Notes: generated from the sequence alone by a model not told the origin. Numbered from the whole stretch's first letter, positions 11,631 to 24,751 are shown. The stretch: DNA of 62,949 nt, filler included, from Phoronis australis (GCA_002633005.1; 3 parts of 3 records of this genome joined end to end with filler, not necessarily neighbours in it); one strand, 5' to 3'. Program-made: numbers and translations.

Positions 11631-13149
11631 ACTGGATGCCGCCATAGCAATGAGGACCGGAGAATCTTTGGCCAGCCAGGCTATGTTTTCATGACTATGG
11701 GTTGAAGTGCGATGCATTTTTCTTTACAAAAATGACACGGCACTCAATCCCTCAATTTTGCCCGCTTCTCCGAGGATGTCGGTCCCCCCTCACTAGGCCT
11801 ATATGGCATCCTAGATCAGCCACTGAAAATGCTACTTGAGACAGAGCTATGAGAGCTTGCAAAAGGGCGGGGTGCTATTGATGGTGATCGGTAGGTCAGT
11901 AGAGTTTTCACTGACCCGTCACTCGGCGAAACGTTCCCCTCTCAGAAGGCCGCACACACATGAGGCACCTTTCCNNNNNNNNNNNNNNNNNNNNNNNNNN
12001 NNNNNNNNNNNNNNNNNNNNNNNNNNNNNNNNNNNNNNNNNNNNNNNNNNNNNNNNNNNNNNNNNNNNNNNNNNNNNNNNNNNNNNNNNNNNNNNNNNNN
12101 NNNNNNNNNNNNNNNNNNNNNNNNNNNNNNNNNNNNNNNNNNNNNNNNNNNNNNNNNNNNNNNNNNNNNNNNNNNNNNNNNNNNNNNNNNNNNNNNNNNN
12201 NNNNNNNNNNNNNNNNNNNNNNNNNNNNNNNNNNNNNNNNNNNNNNNNNNNNNNNNNNNNNNNNNNNNNNNNNNNNNNNNNNNNNNNNNNNNNNNNNNNN
12301 NNNNNNNNNNNNNNNNNNNNNNNNNNNNNNNNNNNNNNNNNNNNNNNNNNNNNNNNNNNNNNNNNNNNNNNNNNNNNNNNNNNNNNNNNNNNNNNNNNNN
12401 NNNNNNNNNNNNNNNNNNNNNNNNNNNNNNNNNNNNNNNNNNNNNNNNNNNNNNNNNNNNNNNNNNNNNNNNNNNNNNNNNNNNNNNNNNNNNNNNNNNN
12501 NNNNNNNNNNNNNNNNNNNNNNNNNNNNNNNNNNNNNNNNNNNNNNNNNNNNNNNNNNNNNNNNNNNNNNNNNNNNNNNNNNNNNNNNGTGTTTTAATTT
12601 TAAAATTCAACTTGGTCGAGATTGATATTTGAAAAATATAACACATGAAATAGACGTAATTATTAAAACCAAGAAAGCAGAATTGATGGTCATATAATTT
12701 TTATTTTCAATTGCGAGCCTAGTTTTTTATCGTAATCAAAATATATACTTAATAACATCAAGTATTATTTCAGATCAATGACAAATCAACTGTTAGTCCC
12801 GGTGGTGCCTACCTCACCAGGACCTAGGCTATGCTTGAAGGTAATAGGCCTACTCTTGATCAACAAATTAAATCAGATGAGACAAAATGCTATGAGCCAC
12901 CACTGTCGAATATATCTTCAACTCGTCAACAATATGACCAGATGACCTGGTTCGTGTAGAAAGCATTTTTATCAAGAATTTATTAGAAGAAACGTAACCC
13001 TGCATTCAGCATGATACCTAATCCGTAACACTACGATTGCCGCAATTTGGTCATGTTTACTTTTCATGTTTCGAACCTAGTTTTCCAGAAAAAAACTATA
13101 TCCTTTCGTCAGACAACTCTTTGGTGCATTGACTTGTTCTTTAACGGTA

Positions 13150-14230
13150 TTTTTCTACGTCTCTGTGGTTAATTATTGACACATTGTTTAAGATTTAATA
13201 TTCAGGTTGGACTCCAAAGACTGGCCATTTAACTCACGCAATGTAAATTTCCGCTTTGTTTATCACAGTGAGCCTCGCTTTGGATTTTAATGTCCGCCGC
13301 GTGAATAGAGTCTATAGCCACTCTAATATGGCTTTGCCAACAGGCGGAGCCATGCATCCTATATCAAATTATTAAATCACCATTTTCAAATTGTTTACCA
13401 GTCTAGTTTGATCAGAAAAGTCACAGAAGATGGGAAATAAATGACACTTCACGCATACATCTGGTTGCCTTGTTGTCAGCTTCCCCACAGATCCGTTTGA
13501 TCTCCATAAATAACTACAGTTCTTAATATTTCTGCGCTTATGTGCTTTGGAATAAAAGAAAATTAAATGCATGAAAGGGACATTATTGTGTTTAGGCGAC
13601 AAACGCATTTTTTGATTGTTTTTGGATGGGACAGACTTCTTGTCTGAAGTTGTTAGTTTTGAACACAGCTATAAAACGACAAAATCCGTTGCCATTGAAC
13701 AAGTGAGGTTTTACTCGGTTGAGCATATCGTTAGACTGTGAATGAGGAGTTTACAAGTTCAAGTCCGCGATGAGGCTCATCTGGCCGATTAACAGTGCTG
13801 TTGGGCGTAGGCGCACGTAGGCGCAGCCAACCACCTTCTGGCATTTAAACGTAGTGCCTACGCACCGTAAGTTATGTTCAGTGCTCTAGGTAATACGGTG
13901 GGCTTTGGGGCGCCTACTTACCTCTTATTTTACCACTACAGCACTGCCGATTATGTCTTACTGATGAAGAGGACATGTTTGGATTGATTTTGTGATCGTC
14001 ACAAAATCAATCCTTGATGTATATACATCAAGACACCAGTCAACGTAAATAATTGTTACTGTATTTTTCTAGGTCTCTGTGGTTAATCATTGACACATTT
14101 TTAAGATCTAATGTTCAGGTTGGACTCCAAAGACCGGCCATTTAGCTCACGCAATATAAATTTCCGCTTTGTTTATCGCAGTGAGCCTCGCTTTGGATTT
14201 TAATGTCCAAGGCGTGAATAGAGTCTATAG
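13150..14230 (+). repeat. Direct repeat pair (~170 bp; 13150-13318 and 14062-14230)
   Basis: tctctgtggttaat...ggttggactccaaaga...gagcctcgctttggattttaatgtcc...gaatagagtctatag occurs twice. Confidence 0.85.
13793..13946. mobile_element. hAT-like MITE inserted next to a decayed tRNA-like SINE head
   Basis: TIRs cagtgctgt / acagcactg; near-perfect 8-bp TSD ccgattaa / ccgattat; upstream 13715-13780 has a B-box-like gttcaagtcc. Confidence 0.65.
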
Positions 14231-14282
14231 GTTTATATGCCCGTATGTGGATATGCGCCCACTCCATTAACATGTATGTGCG

Positions 14283-14800
14283 AAAAATGCCTTACCTACA
14301 GTCCTAAAATTCTACAGTAAGATCTTCAATTTATCAATAATATCTGACGGTCCTGAAAAAAATCATTGTGCGCAGAATTTGTAGACAACGGGCCTCGCCG
14401 CTATGTCGGTATTTAGCCGTGACTATACACTTCAAACTTCCGCCATGCCTCAAAATGAACACAAAAGTATTGCTGATCTTGCGAGGACCAATGGTCTGGC
14501 CTTTCTGAACAGACGTAGTGTACTTGTCTACAGGATTGCTTTGTAGATATTTCTGCTTTCAACAGGAATCCAAATTTTTATGTACACGTGAAAACCGCAA
14601 ATCGAAGACTAATAAAAAGCTTAGCCAGTGTTAAAAGCATGTGGCCAGGAAGCGCGCACTACATACATGAACCTGTCATCAAAGATATTAGTCGGGAACT
14701 ATCCATTCATGAAACGCGTAGCATAGCATTGGCAAGAAATGAATATTAGCACTAATTTCCCACAGTTTCTAATACTATAAAAATGTTTGCATTATTTTTA
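14283..14800 (+). repeat. Interspersed repeat, inverted partner of 19190-19725
   Basis: Long reverse-complement matches, e.g. cctcgccgctatgtcggtatt / aataccgacatagcggcgagg and gggaactatccattcatgaaa / tttcatgaatggatagttccc. Confidence 0.85.
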
Positions 14801-16870
14801 AGATGGATTGATTGATTAACCATAATTGGTGTTTTTAAGCCAAATATCCGATAAAATGACCAACGGCAGTGAATGCTTACACACCCTTACACCGAAAAAT
14901 AACTGTCAAATAGTTACGTACGCCGCATCCAGCCACACAGCGACTAATACAGACTTTACCGAACATTTTTAGCACATGAGACCAGCAAGTGCTGAATGGA
15001 ACAAGCTCTGGTTTAGGCCTACTGCTTGTGCAAATTTCTTTAGATACAATGCATATATTGCTCGTTACATTGCGTGGCTTGCTGGCCAAAAGACGTCTGG
15101 CAAATGAACTCTGGTGACACGCACGCGCTCGCTTACTCACAAACGCACACGAACTTCTAAACAAACATCACGACAACAACACGTGTGTTCGTCCAGACAT
15201 TTTTCTCGTGATGCCGATCATACCTGTAGGTGGCACGATGTAGCATAGATTTGTACTTAAATCCATGGGCGAATCCAGGATTTTGAGTTAGGGGAGGACA
15301 GGGCAGAGTATTAGCCAGGATTTTGCCTGTCAGACATAGGCACTCCCGAACTGCCCAATGGAATCTTGGAGAATTTTAGGAGGGGCCATGGCCCTCATCT
15401 AAATCCGCCACTGAAATCTGCCGTTAATCCCGACTCCACTGGAACTTAAAAATCTTAGGGACGCTACTTGGAAAACTTAAGGAGGTTTTCAGGTAATTTG
15501 CTTTGAGTCGAAACTGTATTTTTATTCAAGCATTCAAGTTGCCATATCGACGACTGCAAGGCAGTCAGTCGGCGAGTTTTTGCCCTGGGATTTCAGCACA
15601 ATTTTCTGTAAACTGATCGTAATTAGATTACAGGTATGTCACAGAGCGTAAATATGATGAATCTTAGCTTCCGATTTCACCAGTTTCGGAGACCGGGTTT
15701 CAACTGCCTTGGGTTATAATAAGCACCCCCCTGAAACGAACATTTCTAAGCACCCTGGGCGGTTATTACGGCGAATACGGTAGGTGGATATGGGTGCATG
15801 TTCACACATGGGTGCATGTGTCTGTATGTGGACATGGCTGCAGCTTCACATGCAGATGTTGGCAGGCATAAATTTGTGAGTATGGTGATCTCACATGATC
15901 TAAAGTATAAGTCTCACTGACTCAAAACTTTGTCCATTAAGACAATTAATCTCGAGAGAGGAAGAAGAGCATTTTGAACTTGGATGGAGTAACTCAAGTC
16001 CGCATAGTGGCTTAGAATTTTGTTGATGGTTGTAAATCATGTATGGGTGTCATTCACATAAGATAGGTCTTTTGAAACTGCCAACCAAGGTCAATGAAAG
16101 CAGTTCTTTTTGAACCCTGCCCTTTCATACTAACGTCGATGCATCAATGTTTTGGGGAGTTGTGGTCAGTATGAACGGTTAACTTTGGTGCTGGATCGAA
16201 GTTAACAGCGCCAGTTAACCTTGCAGTAAACAGGTGGATTTAACAGCGAAGTGTCGATGCTGCAGAACAGTACGAAAGGTCAACTACGGTCTCATTGAAC
16301 TTATCGCAAGGGGCTGCTGCTATCGCTAACAATTAAAAGGACAATGTCATCCCTAATAAATGCTTATATTTTGCTCCAATAATAACCAATCAAATTAGAA
16401 ATGTTTTATGTCAATTAGCACAGTCACCTAAATGTTCTCAAATTGTCACACTAAATAATCACACGGGATGCATCAGTGCTACCTTGCGATTACTTCGACG
16501 ATAACAGCAGCACCGTTTACTTCGATGCTGTTAACTATCGAACCTGGTATGAACGATTCAATTAACTTCACAGTTTACATCGAGGCTCCACTCATACCGG
16601 AGTTGAGTTCGTATGAAAGGGCCACACAGCTGTTCCAGTTGGACTATGTGTAACTAAACACACAGCTTAAGAAGGGTTCACTGTACCGGTTGAAACGATA
16701 ATTGTTTTATTACCCCTATGAGTTCTGAATGGCCAAGCCCGTAATGTGAGTGTTGAGCAGATAACATTTGAGCTGCGAAATTCCTTTGAACCATTTCAAA
16801 ATGTTTTAAGAAGTGTGTCACAAATCAGTTCCGCTATAACCATGAACCAATGAATGTTAATTTCAGGTAC

Positions 16871-17053
16871 CTGCTATTTGTCCATCTGTCTTATTTTTGC
16901 AAGTCCTGTCATTTGTTTCATTGCCCGGAAAATCAGTAACATAATCCCCGCTACAGTTCTTCCACGGCTGACAAGGCTCCTTGAAGTTGTCCGACAGGTC
17001 ACTGAAATACCCCTGTGAACATTTGGAACATTCGGTGTCTGAGGAGTCAGTTC
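16871..17053 (-). CDS. TNFR gene exon 4, remaining CRDs (GTDSSDTECSKCSQGYFSD...CQPWKNC...GNETNDRTC)
   Basis: ttgacag| acceptor and |gtacct donor; 183 nt, phase 1-1; GTxxSDTxCxxCxxGxFS and CxPWxNC motifs as in CD40/TNFR2/RANK/OPG-type CRD3-4. Confidence 0.9.
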
Positions 17054-17259
17054 CTGTCAAATATCAAGTGCTCAACAATAAGTTTAAAACCATGAAATGA
17101 TGATTACATGCCCACGAGTATATGAAACACATGAAGATTGTAGTAATTATTTTGCACAAAAATAAAAAAATTAAGATTGTTCAAAAGCCTATTACTTAAA
17201 TGCTCCAAACAATAGGAACTTTACCAAATGAAAAAATGAAAATGACGAGTAGGTAGCAC

Positions 17260-18253
17260 CAGGCTTTTATCCAAGATTTCGAAAACAGGGTGTCCAAAAT
17301 GGGGTTCCCAATATTCCAGGGCATTCATGATTCCAACACGTAACCCCCCCCCCACTCCCAGGACCGTTCACCAGCAACCCCCCGCACACAGATTTTTTTG
17401 CAAAAAATGTGTAGACCAAGGTTTTTACATCTAAGTTTACAAAACAGCCTTCTATAGTGAGCTTTCATACTAAAAAAAATATATGTAGACCAAGACTAAA
17501 TTTACAAAAACAGCCAAGTAGCTTACCAAACAAATATTAAGTGATACTGGTTAAACGATGAGTGCACTATGTTTTGGTGATTTCAAGTCAAACTGATGTT
17601 ATAAAGTTTTTCATATCATTTTAATTAGCTTTAATATTCTGTAAACTGAGTCATCAGAGCTGCAGTTAAAAATGAACTTATGATGTGTGATTTATATTTT
17701 GGCAACAGGTGTCACTGCTGTTCTATATTAAAAACACACATTGAAATGCATGAAACGGTCGCAAACTCAAAAAAATCAAATCAGCATATTCTTGTGGCAC
17801 AATATAGTATTAAAATAATGACAATTATTTCGCTTTTGAAGTTTTTAAAAAAAGATGAAAATCACACGCACGCACGCACACACGCACACACACACACAGT
17901 AATGAGCTATGGAGCTAAGACCGCTGGGAAAATAGACAGCAGTGAGAGAAGGTTCGATAGGGAAAGTGCTAATCCTTGAAAGGTGTTGTGAATACTCAAC
18001 GCTGTCAATCAAGTGTGAAGACAGCAACCTTGTATATACTTTGTATATACATTGTATATTTCTTCCTGCTTTGAAAAAGCCACTGTGAGCTCACTTCCCC
18101 TTCAGCTATGTGCCTTGGCTTCCTAGTAATCATTACAATGTGTGTGTCCAAACTTGAAAGGTTCCCATTGACAATGGGCCTCCAAATGATACATTGGCTG
18201 TCCTTGCGAGGGTGTCCAGATTAGTGCTAAGGTGAACACTGCACAAAGGCCTG
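17260..18253. mobile_element. hAT-like non-autonomous element in a TNFR intron
   Basis: Termini caggcttt / aaaggcctg with near-perfect 8-bp TSD ggtagcac / gatagcac; contains a CA microsatellite at ~17864-17897. Confidence 0.55.
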
Positions 18254-18609
18254 GATAGCACAAAATACAAAAAGGACCTAGTCACCTCCTTCACTAGATG
18301 CCTATTGGTCAAATTTCATAAAAATCCTCAAAGAAACTCAGAAGACACACTAGAAAATGTAATACAACAAAATTGGCACTATCTATGTCATAGGGATAGA
18401 TGGACCATTTCAAAACTCCACCCAATCTGTCCACAGCTGCATAGAAGTATATCTGCCAAGTGTCATTAAGATACCTTTAGAATATACCTGCATCCAAGTA
18501 TAGAAAAAAGTTCATTGTACGTGCCTTAAAATTCCTTAAGATATCATATGGGCTGTTTGGGTTTCACTGATACTGAAGAATATTGCATCAAATGCTGACT
18601 AGCACTTAC

Positions 18610-18952
18610 CAAATTTTGAGACGCCAGAGCCAGGCGAACACCTGGTGTAGTTTTTACAGAAGAAATTTTCTGCTCGGTACATGTCTTTGGGACATGTACA
18701 TTCTAAGTCATTTATTGCAGTGCAGTCTTTCGTCCGTGCTTCACGGTAGCTTTTTTCACATGATTCCGTACAGTCGGAGCATGTGCGTGCCTGAGTGCAC
18801 CCAGAGTTGTATGTGTTCGGAGGACATGGAGCACAAACAGTTTTCTGCGTATGATCACAATCTTCGAGTACATAATACCCCTTGGGGCAGAGATCACACT
18901 GAACAAATTCATTGGGCAGCTTCGCAAGTATGTGTTGGTAAGTACCACATTC
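18610..18952 (-). CDS. TNFR gene exon 3, cysteine-rich domains (ECGTYQH...CDLCPKGYYVLEDC...CAPCPPNTYN...CSPGSGVSKF)
   Basis: tttcag| acceptor and |gtaagt donor; 343 nt, phase 0-1; typical TNFR CRD spacing (CxxCPxG, CxPCPxxTY, CTC, CxPGxGV). Confidence 0.92.
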
Positions 18953-19189
18953 CTGAAACAAAAACTCAAAAAATATAGATTTGGCACACACAACGCACAG
19001 GATCTTACAGGTGAGTTTCATTTCCCACACAAGTTGAGACACATGCATTGTTGCCAAAAGCATTCATGTGAGTGAACGCGATGTAACGATCGGGAGATTC
19101 AGGGGTGTAAGGGAGCAGAAGTTTTCACTATCAGTTTGTCATTTTGACTTTAAAAACCCCAAGTACGATTAATTTAGTAATTCCTCATA

Positions 19190-19725
19190 AAAATAACGCA
19201 AACGTTCTCACGATAGTAGAAACTTTCGGAAATAAGTGCCAGTATTGATTTCTCGCCGATGCTATGCTACCCCTTTCATGAATGGATAGTTCCCGAAGAC
19301 TAATATTCGATGACAGGTACTTGTATGTAGCGCGCGCTTCTTGGCCACGTGCTTCTAACTAAGGTCAAGTTTTTATTAGTCTTCGATTCGCGGTTTTCAC
19401 ATAATATACAGAAAATTTGGATTCCTGTTGAGGGAGAAGATCTGTGCGGGAAAGATACTGTGATACCACAATCCCATTGACAAGTACACTCTGAAAGGCC
19501 AGACCATAATTGAACACGTCCCTCGCAAGATCAGCAAAACTTTTGCGTTCTTTTTAAAGCAAGGCGGAAGTTTGGAGTGTATATTCACGGCTAATACCGA
19601 CATAGCGGCGAGGCTCGTGGTCTACAAATTTCGCACACAATGATTTTTTTCAAGACTGCCCGTTCTTATTGATAAATTGAAGACGTTACTATACAATTTT
19701 AACTGTATAGGTAAGTCATTTTTTT
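19190..19725 (-). repeat. Interspersed repeat, inverted partner of 14283-14800
   Basis: Reverse complement of 14283-14800 with scattered substitutions and indels. Confidence 0.85.
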
Positions 19726-20551
19726 AAGTACAGCGGCGTTTATGCACTGGTCGCTTATTTTAGCAGTCAGAAAACGCTAGGGGGCGCTTATTGGTATATG
19801 GGGGCTTATTAGGGCGATTTCGGTAGTTAATCTCTCCAACACGTGAAATTTGCACGTGCGCACTTCTGCACTGTTGCTACATGAGATTTAGTTGCAATCC
19901 AAGTGGAGCACTGCTTGTTCACTTGTCTGCGCACTACAGTCGGTTGTCAATGGGGAAGAAAATAGTTCTTATTCAATTCCATAAAATGCTAATTAAGTAA
20001 CCTTTTTTTTGGCCCTCTTACACAAAAAGTAAGATATCAAGTTTTAGGTATCTTCAGACTAAAATTTTCAGTTTTCTTGAGCTTTAACCGACCATTTTTG
20101 TCAAATGAATGGGCATTAATATACGGCTTCTCGTGTGTGCAATATTTTTATGAATCGGGAAGTTGTGCATCAAACTTCATCGTTTGAACGCAAACAGAGA
20201 TGTTTTTGATTGACAATTTTAATGGAATACATGAAATAAAGATGACGCTGAGTTGTGCAGTGGTAAAGTCGAAGACCGGAAATTCTTGCGGCCCGGCTTC
20301 GAAACCAGCCTCGGTTACCACCAAAATGTTATCTCACTAGTGAGATAACTAAATGGGTTATTACACGGTTGCATTGGTCATTCGAATCTGATATTGTGGT
20401 ACAAAATCAATTATTTTACCGACAAAAGAAACGATGTCTTCGACAGAGACATCTGCACTGAAAAAATGAACAAATGGAACAAGGAGAGCCTTTTATAATT
20501 GTGAGTTTGAAAGGGAAATCATAAGCATACAGACACTTTAGCTTTACTTAC

Positions 20552-20623
20552 CGAAATGCCTTGTGCAAATCCCAGCATCATGAGCAACAGGATGATAGAA
20601 TGCAGCTTGACTACCTTGAGAAT
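20552..20623 (-). CDS. TNFR gene exon 2, signal peptide (ILKVVKLHSIILLLMMLGFAQGIS)
   Basis: tttgtatag| acceptor and |gtaagt donor; 72 nt, phase 0-0; basic then hydrophobic residues followed by a small-residue cleavage region (AQG); in frame with the CRD exon. Confidence 0.8.
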
Positions 20624-21150
20624 CTATACAAAGGTAAAAACACATGGTAATAAACAGCATTACAACATGTCTAGAAACCCAAAATCTAAAAACCAACAAA
20701 ATTAACTTCAACAGAATTTTGTTATTTTAGTTGTATTGGGCTAACCAGATATTCCTGGCAAAGCCTTGGTAAATTAAGAAAACGCGAGTTCAATCGCGCA
20801 AATGTAGGACCTGTCAATTGATAAGTGAAGCTGCCTTTTCGGGTCGTCTTGCGTCACCGCGAGATTCCATGCAGCACAAACAACAAAAGTCCGATAACAC
20901 AGTTGTATTGAATAGGGGTATGAATGTACACCTTTGCCTGCGGGTGTTATTCGCAACTGTTTGCATTAAAAGGTGATTCTCGCGGTGACGACGTACAAAA
21001 GCAAGCCACTACGCCTAACAGTTAGTTACATTTGGCTATTTATGGCACTAGTGGACTCAGAGTGATGCTCTTCATATGCTATAGGAACCAAATTTACAGG
21101 TGTTACCGTTCAATATTTAGATTTTTATTAAATCAACAAAAAATCCTTAC

Positions 21151-21168
21151 AGCAAGTGAAAGTGTCAT
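21151..21168 (-). CDS. TNF receptor superfamily gene, candidate coding exon 1 (MTLSLA)
   Basis: Minus strand reads ATG ACA CTT TCA CTT GCT|gtaagg. The phase-0 donor joins in frame to the signal-peptide exon at 20623. The exon is very short, so it is supported mainly by frame compatibility. Confidence 0.6.
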
Positions 21169-21312
21169 GCAAGATAAAGTTACATTAACCCATATGCGCA
21201 GTGCCAGCGTGAAAATGCAAATCTTAACACAACAAAAATTCAGCATTGACACTAAAATGTTTTTCAACTGGATAACTAGTGGTAAAATAGTAATTTAGCC
21301 ATTAAATGCCAA

Positions 21313-23788
21313 GAAGTATTCAGTACGGTAAAATCTGCATGCTTTGAATAATACGCTTACACGAAAGTCACGCATTTCTAAAGATATGTGCGACTTTTCA
21401 CTGCTCATCCTTGTGAGCAGCTTTTACCGAGATCAAATAGAGCGCGGCGCCAGAGTCAGACTCAGTTGCGATGACCGCACTGTCCGGTGCGTGCAAGACC
21501 CAGTAAGTGTAATTACCCAACCATAAACTGCAGTAAACAACTTTGCCTGTACATACTGTCCTATTTTCAAAATGCATTAACCAACAGTTTTCGTTAAATA
21601 CAAATACCACAGTATTCAGATGGAAAAAACAACCAAGTTTGATTTTCGATTTCTAAAAATTGATGAACTATTAAGCTAAAAACTACAAACATTGGGTATG
21701 ATAGAGGATAAACGACTGTGCGTATTGATATACTTGGTGATTTACAAACACTGATCAGAGTTAACAATATCACCTGGATTATTCTTTTAATATATATAAC
21801 TAAGCTACATTGAAACATCTACACACAACACACAGTGACTAAATTAGATGTCATTAACTTTTACAAAATTGGTTATGGCCCAGTGCATGCCAAACTACTT
21901 TACTCCAGGAGTAGTACACTAACCGGAACACTGCTATTTGCGGAAATGCGCCAGTTTTGATAGATAGCTTGTAGTTGTAATGGAACACCTGTGAAGACAA
22001 CTAAGATGGCTAGCTTTGTAGTCAAGGAGAAAGTGCAAGCAGTGGATGAGGTTGGTCGGTGGGCAAGAGCTGTGATTTCATTTTTGTGACTGTGGAAAAG
22101 CTAGAATAGTTATGTAGTTATTGCAACCAATATTGTCCAGAGGTTCCAAATCTTCAGTTTGGCTATCATCATATTGGCGCTTTTGTATATATTTTATGAT
22201 TTGAGTTCTAATAAAAATTGAACTTGAACTAATGGCAGGTCATGTGGAGAATTTCTGGGTTACCTTGGTCAACACTCTGTTTCCCTAATCCCCAGACAAC
22301 TTTTATGATGGCTATTCATCATGTCCTTTGATGTAGATCTGAGCTAATGAAGTGGAAAGGTAATGGCTAGCACTACTTTTTTAACAATGGTGGTTGTTAT
22401 TACGCCCAAATTGTTTTCTCTGGCATTTGCACAGAGTTGAAGCCTGCAATGTGGAGAGTAGTTTTGACTTGGAACATTTTAAATATTACAAAAAGACAAA
22501 AACTAATTTACGTTGATCTTGACATAGGACCACTTCGATCCCAACTTTGGTTTTAAATATGTTTCATACCTGTTTTCATTACTTTATTTTTAATACTCCT
22601 GTTTACTTGTTTTTTTCTCACCAGTTAGGCTTGCTATCTTTTTTATTTTTTTAACGAAGTATCAAAACAACTTAGAAGTCAGTTGTGAACCTATCCCTGA
22701 CTTTTCCAGATTACAGCTACACCAAACATGTCACAGTAAACAAAACTTTGTCATTAGTTCAAGTTCAATCTTTATTAGAACTCAAATCATAAAATATATA
22801 CAAAAGCGCAAATATGATGATAGCCAAACTGAAGATTTGGAACCTCTGGACACAATTTTGGTAGCAGTAACTACATAACTATTCTAGCTTTTCCTCAGTC
22901 ATAAAAATGAAATCACAGCTCTTGCCCACCGACCAACCTCATCCACTGTGTGCACTCTCTCGTTTACTACAAAGCTATCCATCATCTTGTCTTCACATAC
23001 GTGTTTTCCTTTACAACTACAATTCATCAAAATTGGCGCATTTCTGAGAATATCAGTTGTCCGGTTAGTGTGTTACTCCTCGAGTAAAGTAGTTTGGAAT
23101 GCCCTGGACCATAAGCGATGTTTTAAAATTTATTGGCATCTAATTTAGTCACTAAATGTTGTTTAAAGATGTTTCAATGTAGCTTAGGTGTATATTAAAA
23201 GAATTATCCACGTGATATTGTTAACACTGATCAGCGTTTGTAAATCCATCGAGTACATCAATACGCAGTCGTTTATCTTCAATCGTACCCAATGTTCGTA
23301 GTTTTCAGCCCAATGGTTCATCAATTTTTAAAAATCCAAAACCACACTTGGTTGTTTTTTCATCTGAATACAGCTGTGGTACTTATTTTTAACGAAAACT
23401 GTTGCTTAATGCATTTTGAAAATTCGCCAGTATGTACAGGCAGATTATGTTTATTACAGTGTATGGTCAGTTGATTACACTTAGTGGGGTCTTGCTAGCA
23501 CCGGAAAATGCGGTCATCGCAACAGAGTCCAACTCTGGCGCCGCCCTTTCTTTGATCCTGGTAAAAGCCGCTTAGAAGGACGAGCGGTGAAAAGTCATGC
23601 ATCTCTTTAGAAATGCGTGACTTTCGTGTAAGCACATTATTCATGGCACGTGTAGTTTTATTTGCTGTGACATGTTTGGTGTAACTGTAATCTGGAAAAT
23701 TCAGGGATGGGTTCATAACTAACTGACTTCTAAGTTGTACTGAATACTTCGTTCAAACACAAAATAAAAAGATAGCAATCCTAACTGG
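21313..23788. repeat. Large inverted repeat (~0.9-kb arms at ~21340-22237 and ~22748-23650) plus a nested inverted segment (22621-22747 vs 23655-23788)
   Basis: Continuous reverse-complement similarity, e.g. gcttacacgaaagtcacgcatttctaaaga / tctttagaaatgcgtgactttcgtgtaagc. Confidence 0.9.
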
Positions 23789-24239
23789 TTACTGTGGTAT
23801 ACCCTGCTCACTAGTTTGTGAGATCACCAAGAGAAGTCTCTGGTAGCGCGGCTTCCGGGGAATCACGTGTTTTTAGTTAAGGAGAGTAGAAAATATATCT
23901 GAAACTGAATAAGGCGATCCAGATCCTCCCAAGGATACTATTGTTTCATGAAATGAAGAATATAAATCGGTAAATAAAACAACAAGAATGGATCAACTGA
24001 AATTTGAAATTTTCAGATGTAAAAACTTCCTTTGTCAACAAAAACAGAAATAAAGTAAAATCAAACACAAAATGACAATTGACATATAAGATATGGTGTA
24101 ACGAATATGATACATTTTTGCGTAAAAAAAATTTTTAATGACATATTTTAAGAAGTTTTTATGTTCAATCCATGGGGTTCTATTGTATTAAGTTTGTCTA
24201 TCCAATATTGTTCTCTTTTGAGTCTGTGAATCTTATACA

Positions 24240-24478
24240 CAGTTTGACAAAGTCCGCTCAATTACACGAAACGAATCTTTAAGAACTAAAACTAAAGGCA
24301 ATACTACTAATGGAATACCATTCATAACTATAATCAATCCATGTTTAAACGGAATTAGCCACATCTTCAAAAAACATCTTTCTACCCTGCATATTTCCCC
24401 TCAAATGAAAAACCTATTTACTCATCCACCTATAATTTCTTGGAGAAAATGTAAAAATCTAAAAAATTATTTAGTTAA
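24240..24478 (+). mobile_element. Penelope-like retroelement fragment (region between RT and GIY-YIG)
   Basis: QFDKVRSITRNESLRTK...IPFITIINPCLNGISHIFKKH...LFTHPPIISWRKCKNLKNYLV resembles the PLE linker (PxxxYRRxKNLxxxLV). It is cut at TTAA|CCC, a piggyBac-like end. Confidence 0.7.
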
Positions 24479-24651
24479 CCCTCTTGCTGCCAGAGCCCAT
24501 GGTGACCCACATAACCTCCAGTGCCAGGCATTATAAAGCACCTTCTAGTGGCCATGTTACGAACTACTAACTTGTGCTTTTAATTAATCATTTTTCAAGT
24601 GATGATCATTATTTTTCAAGTTACCATTGATACTGTGAGTAGAGCATAGAT

Positions 24652-24751
24652 NNNNNNNNNNNNNNNNNNNNNNNNNNNNNNNNNNNNNNNNNNNNTTAAT
24701 TAATTAANNNNNNNNNNNNNNNNNNNNNNNNNNNNNNNNNNNNNNNNNNNN
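24652..24751. other. Artificial scaffold-join linker (N-TTAATTAATTAA-N)
   Basis: 100-nt spacer with a central all-frame-stop 12-mer; same construct at 54867-54966. Confidence 0.95.

Noticed and set aside
13715-13790. Functional tRNA gene
   Set aside because: Only a B-box-like motif; no convincing cloverleaf; better explained as a decayed SINE head.
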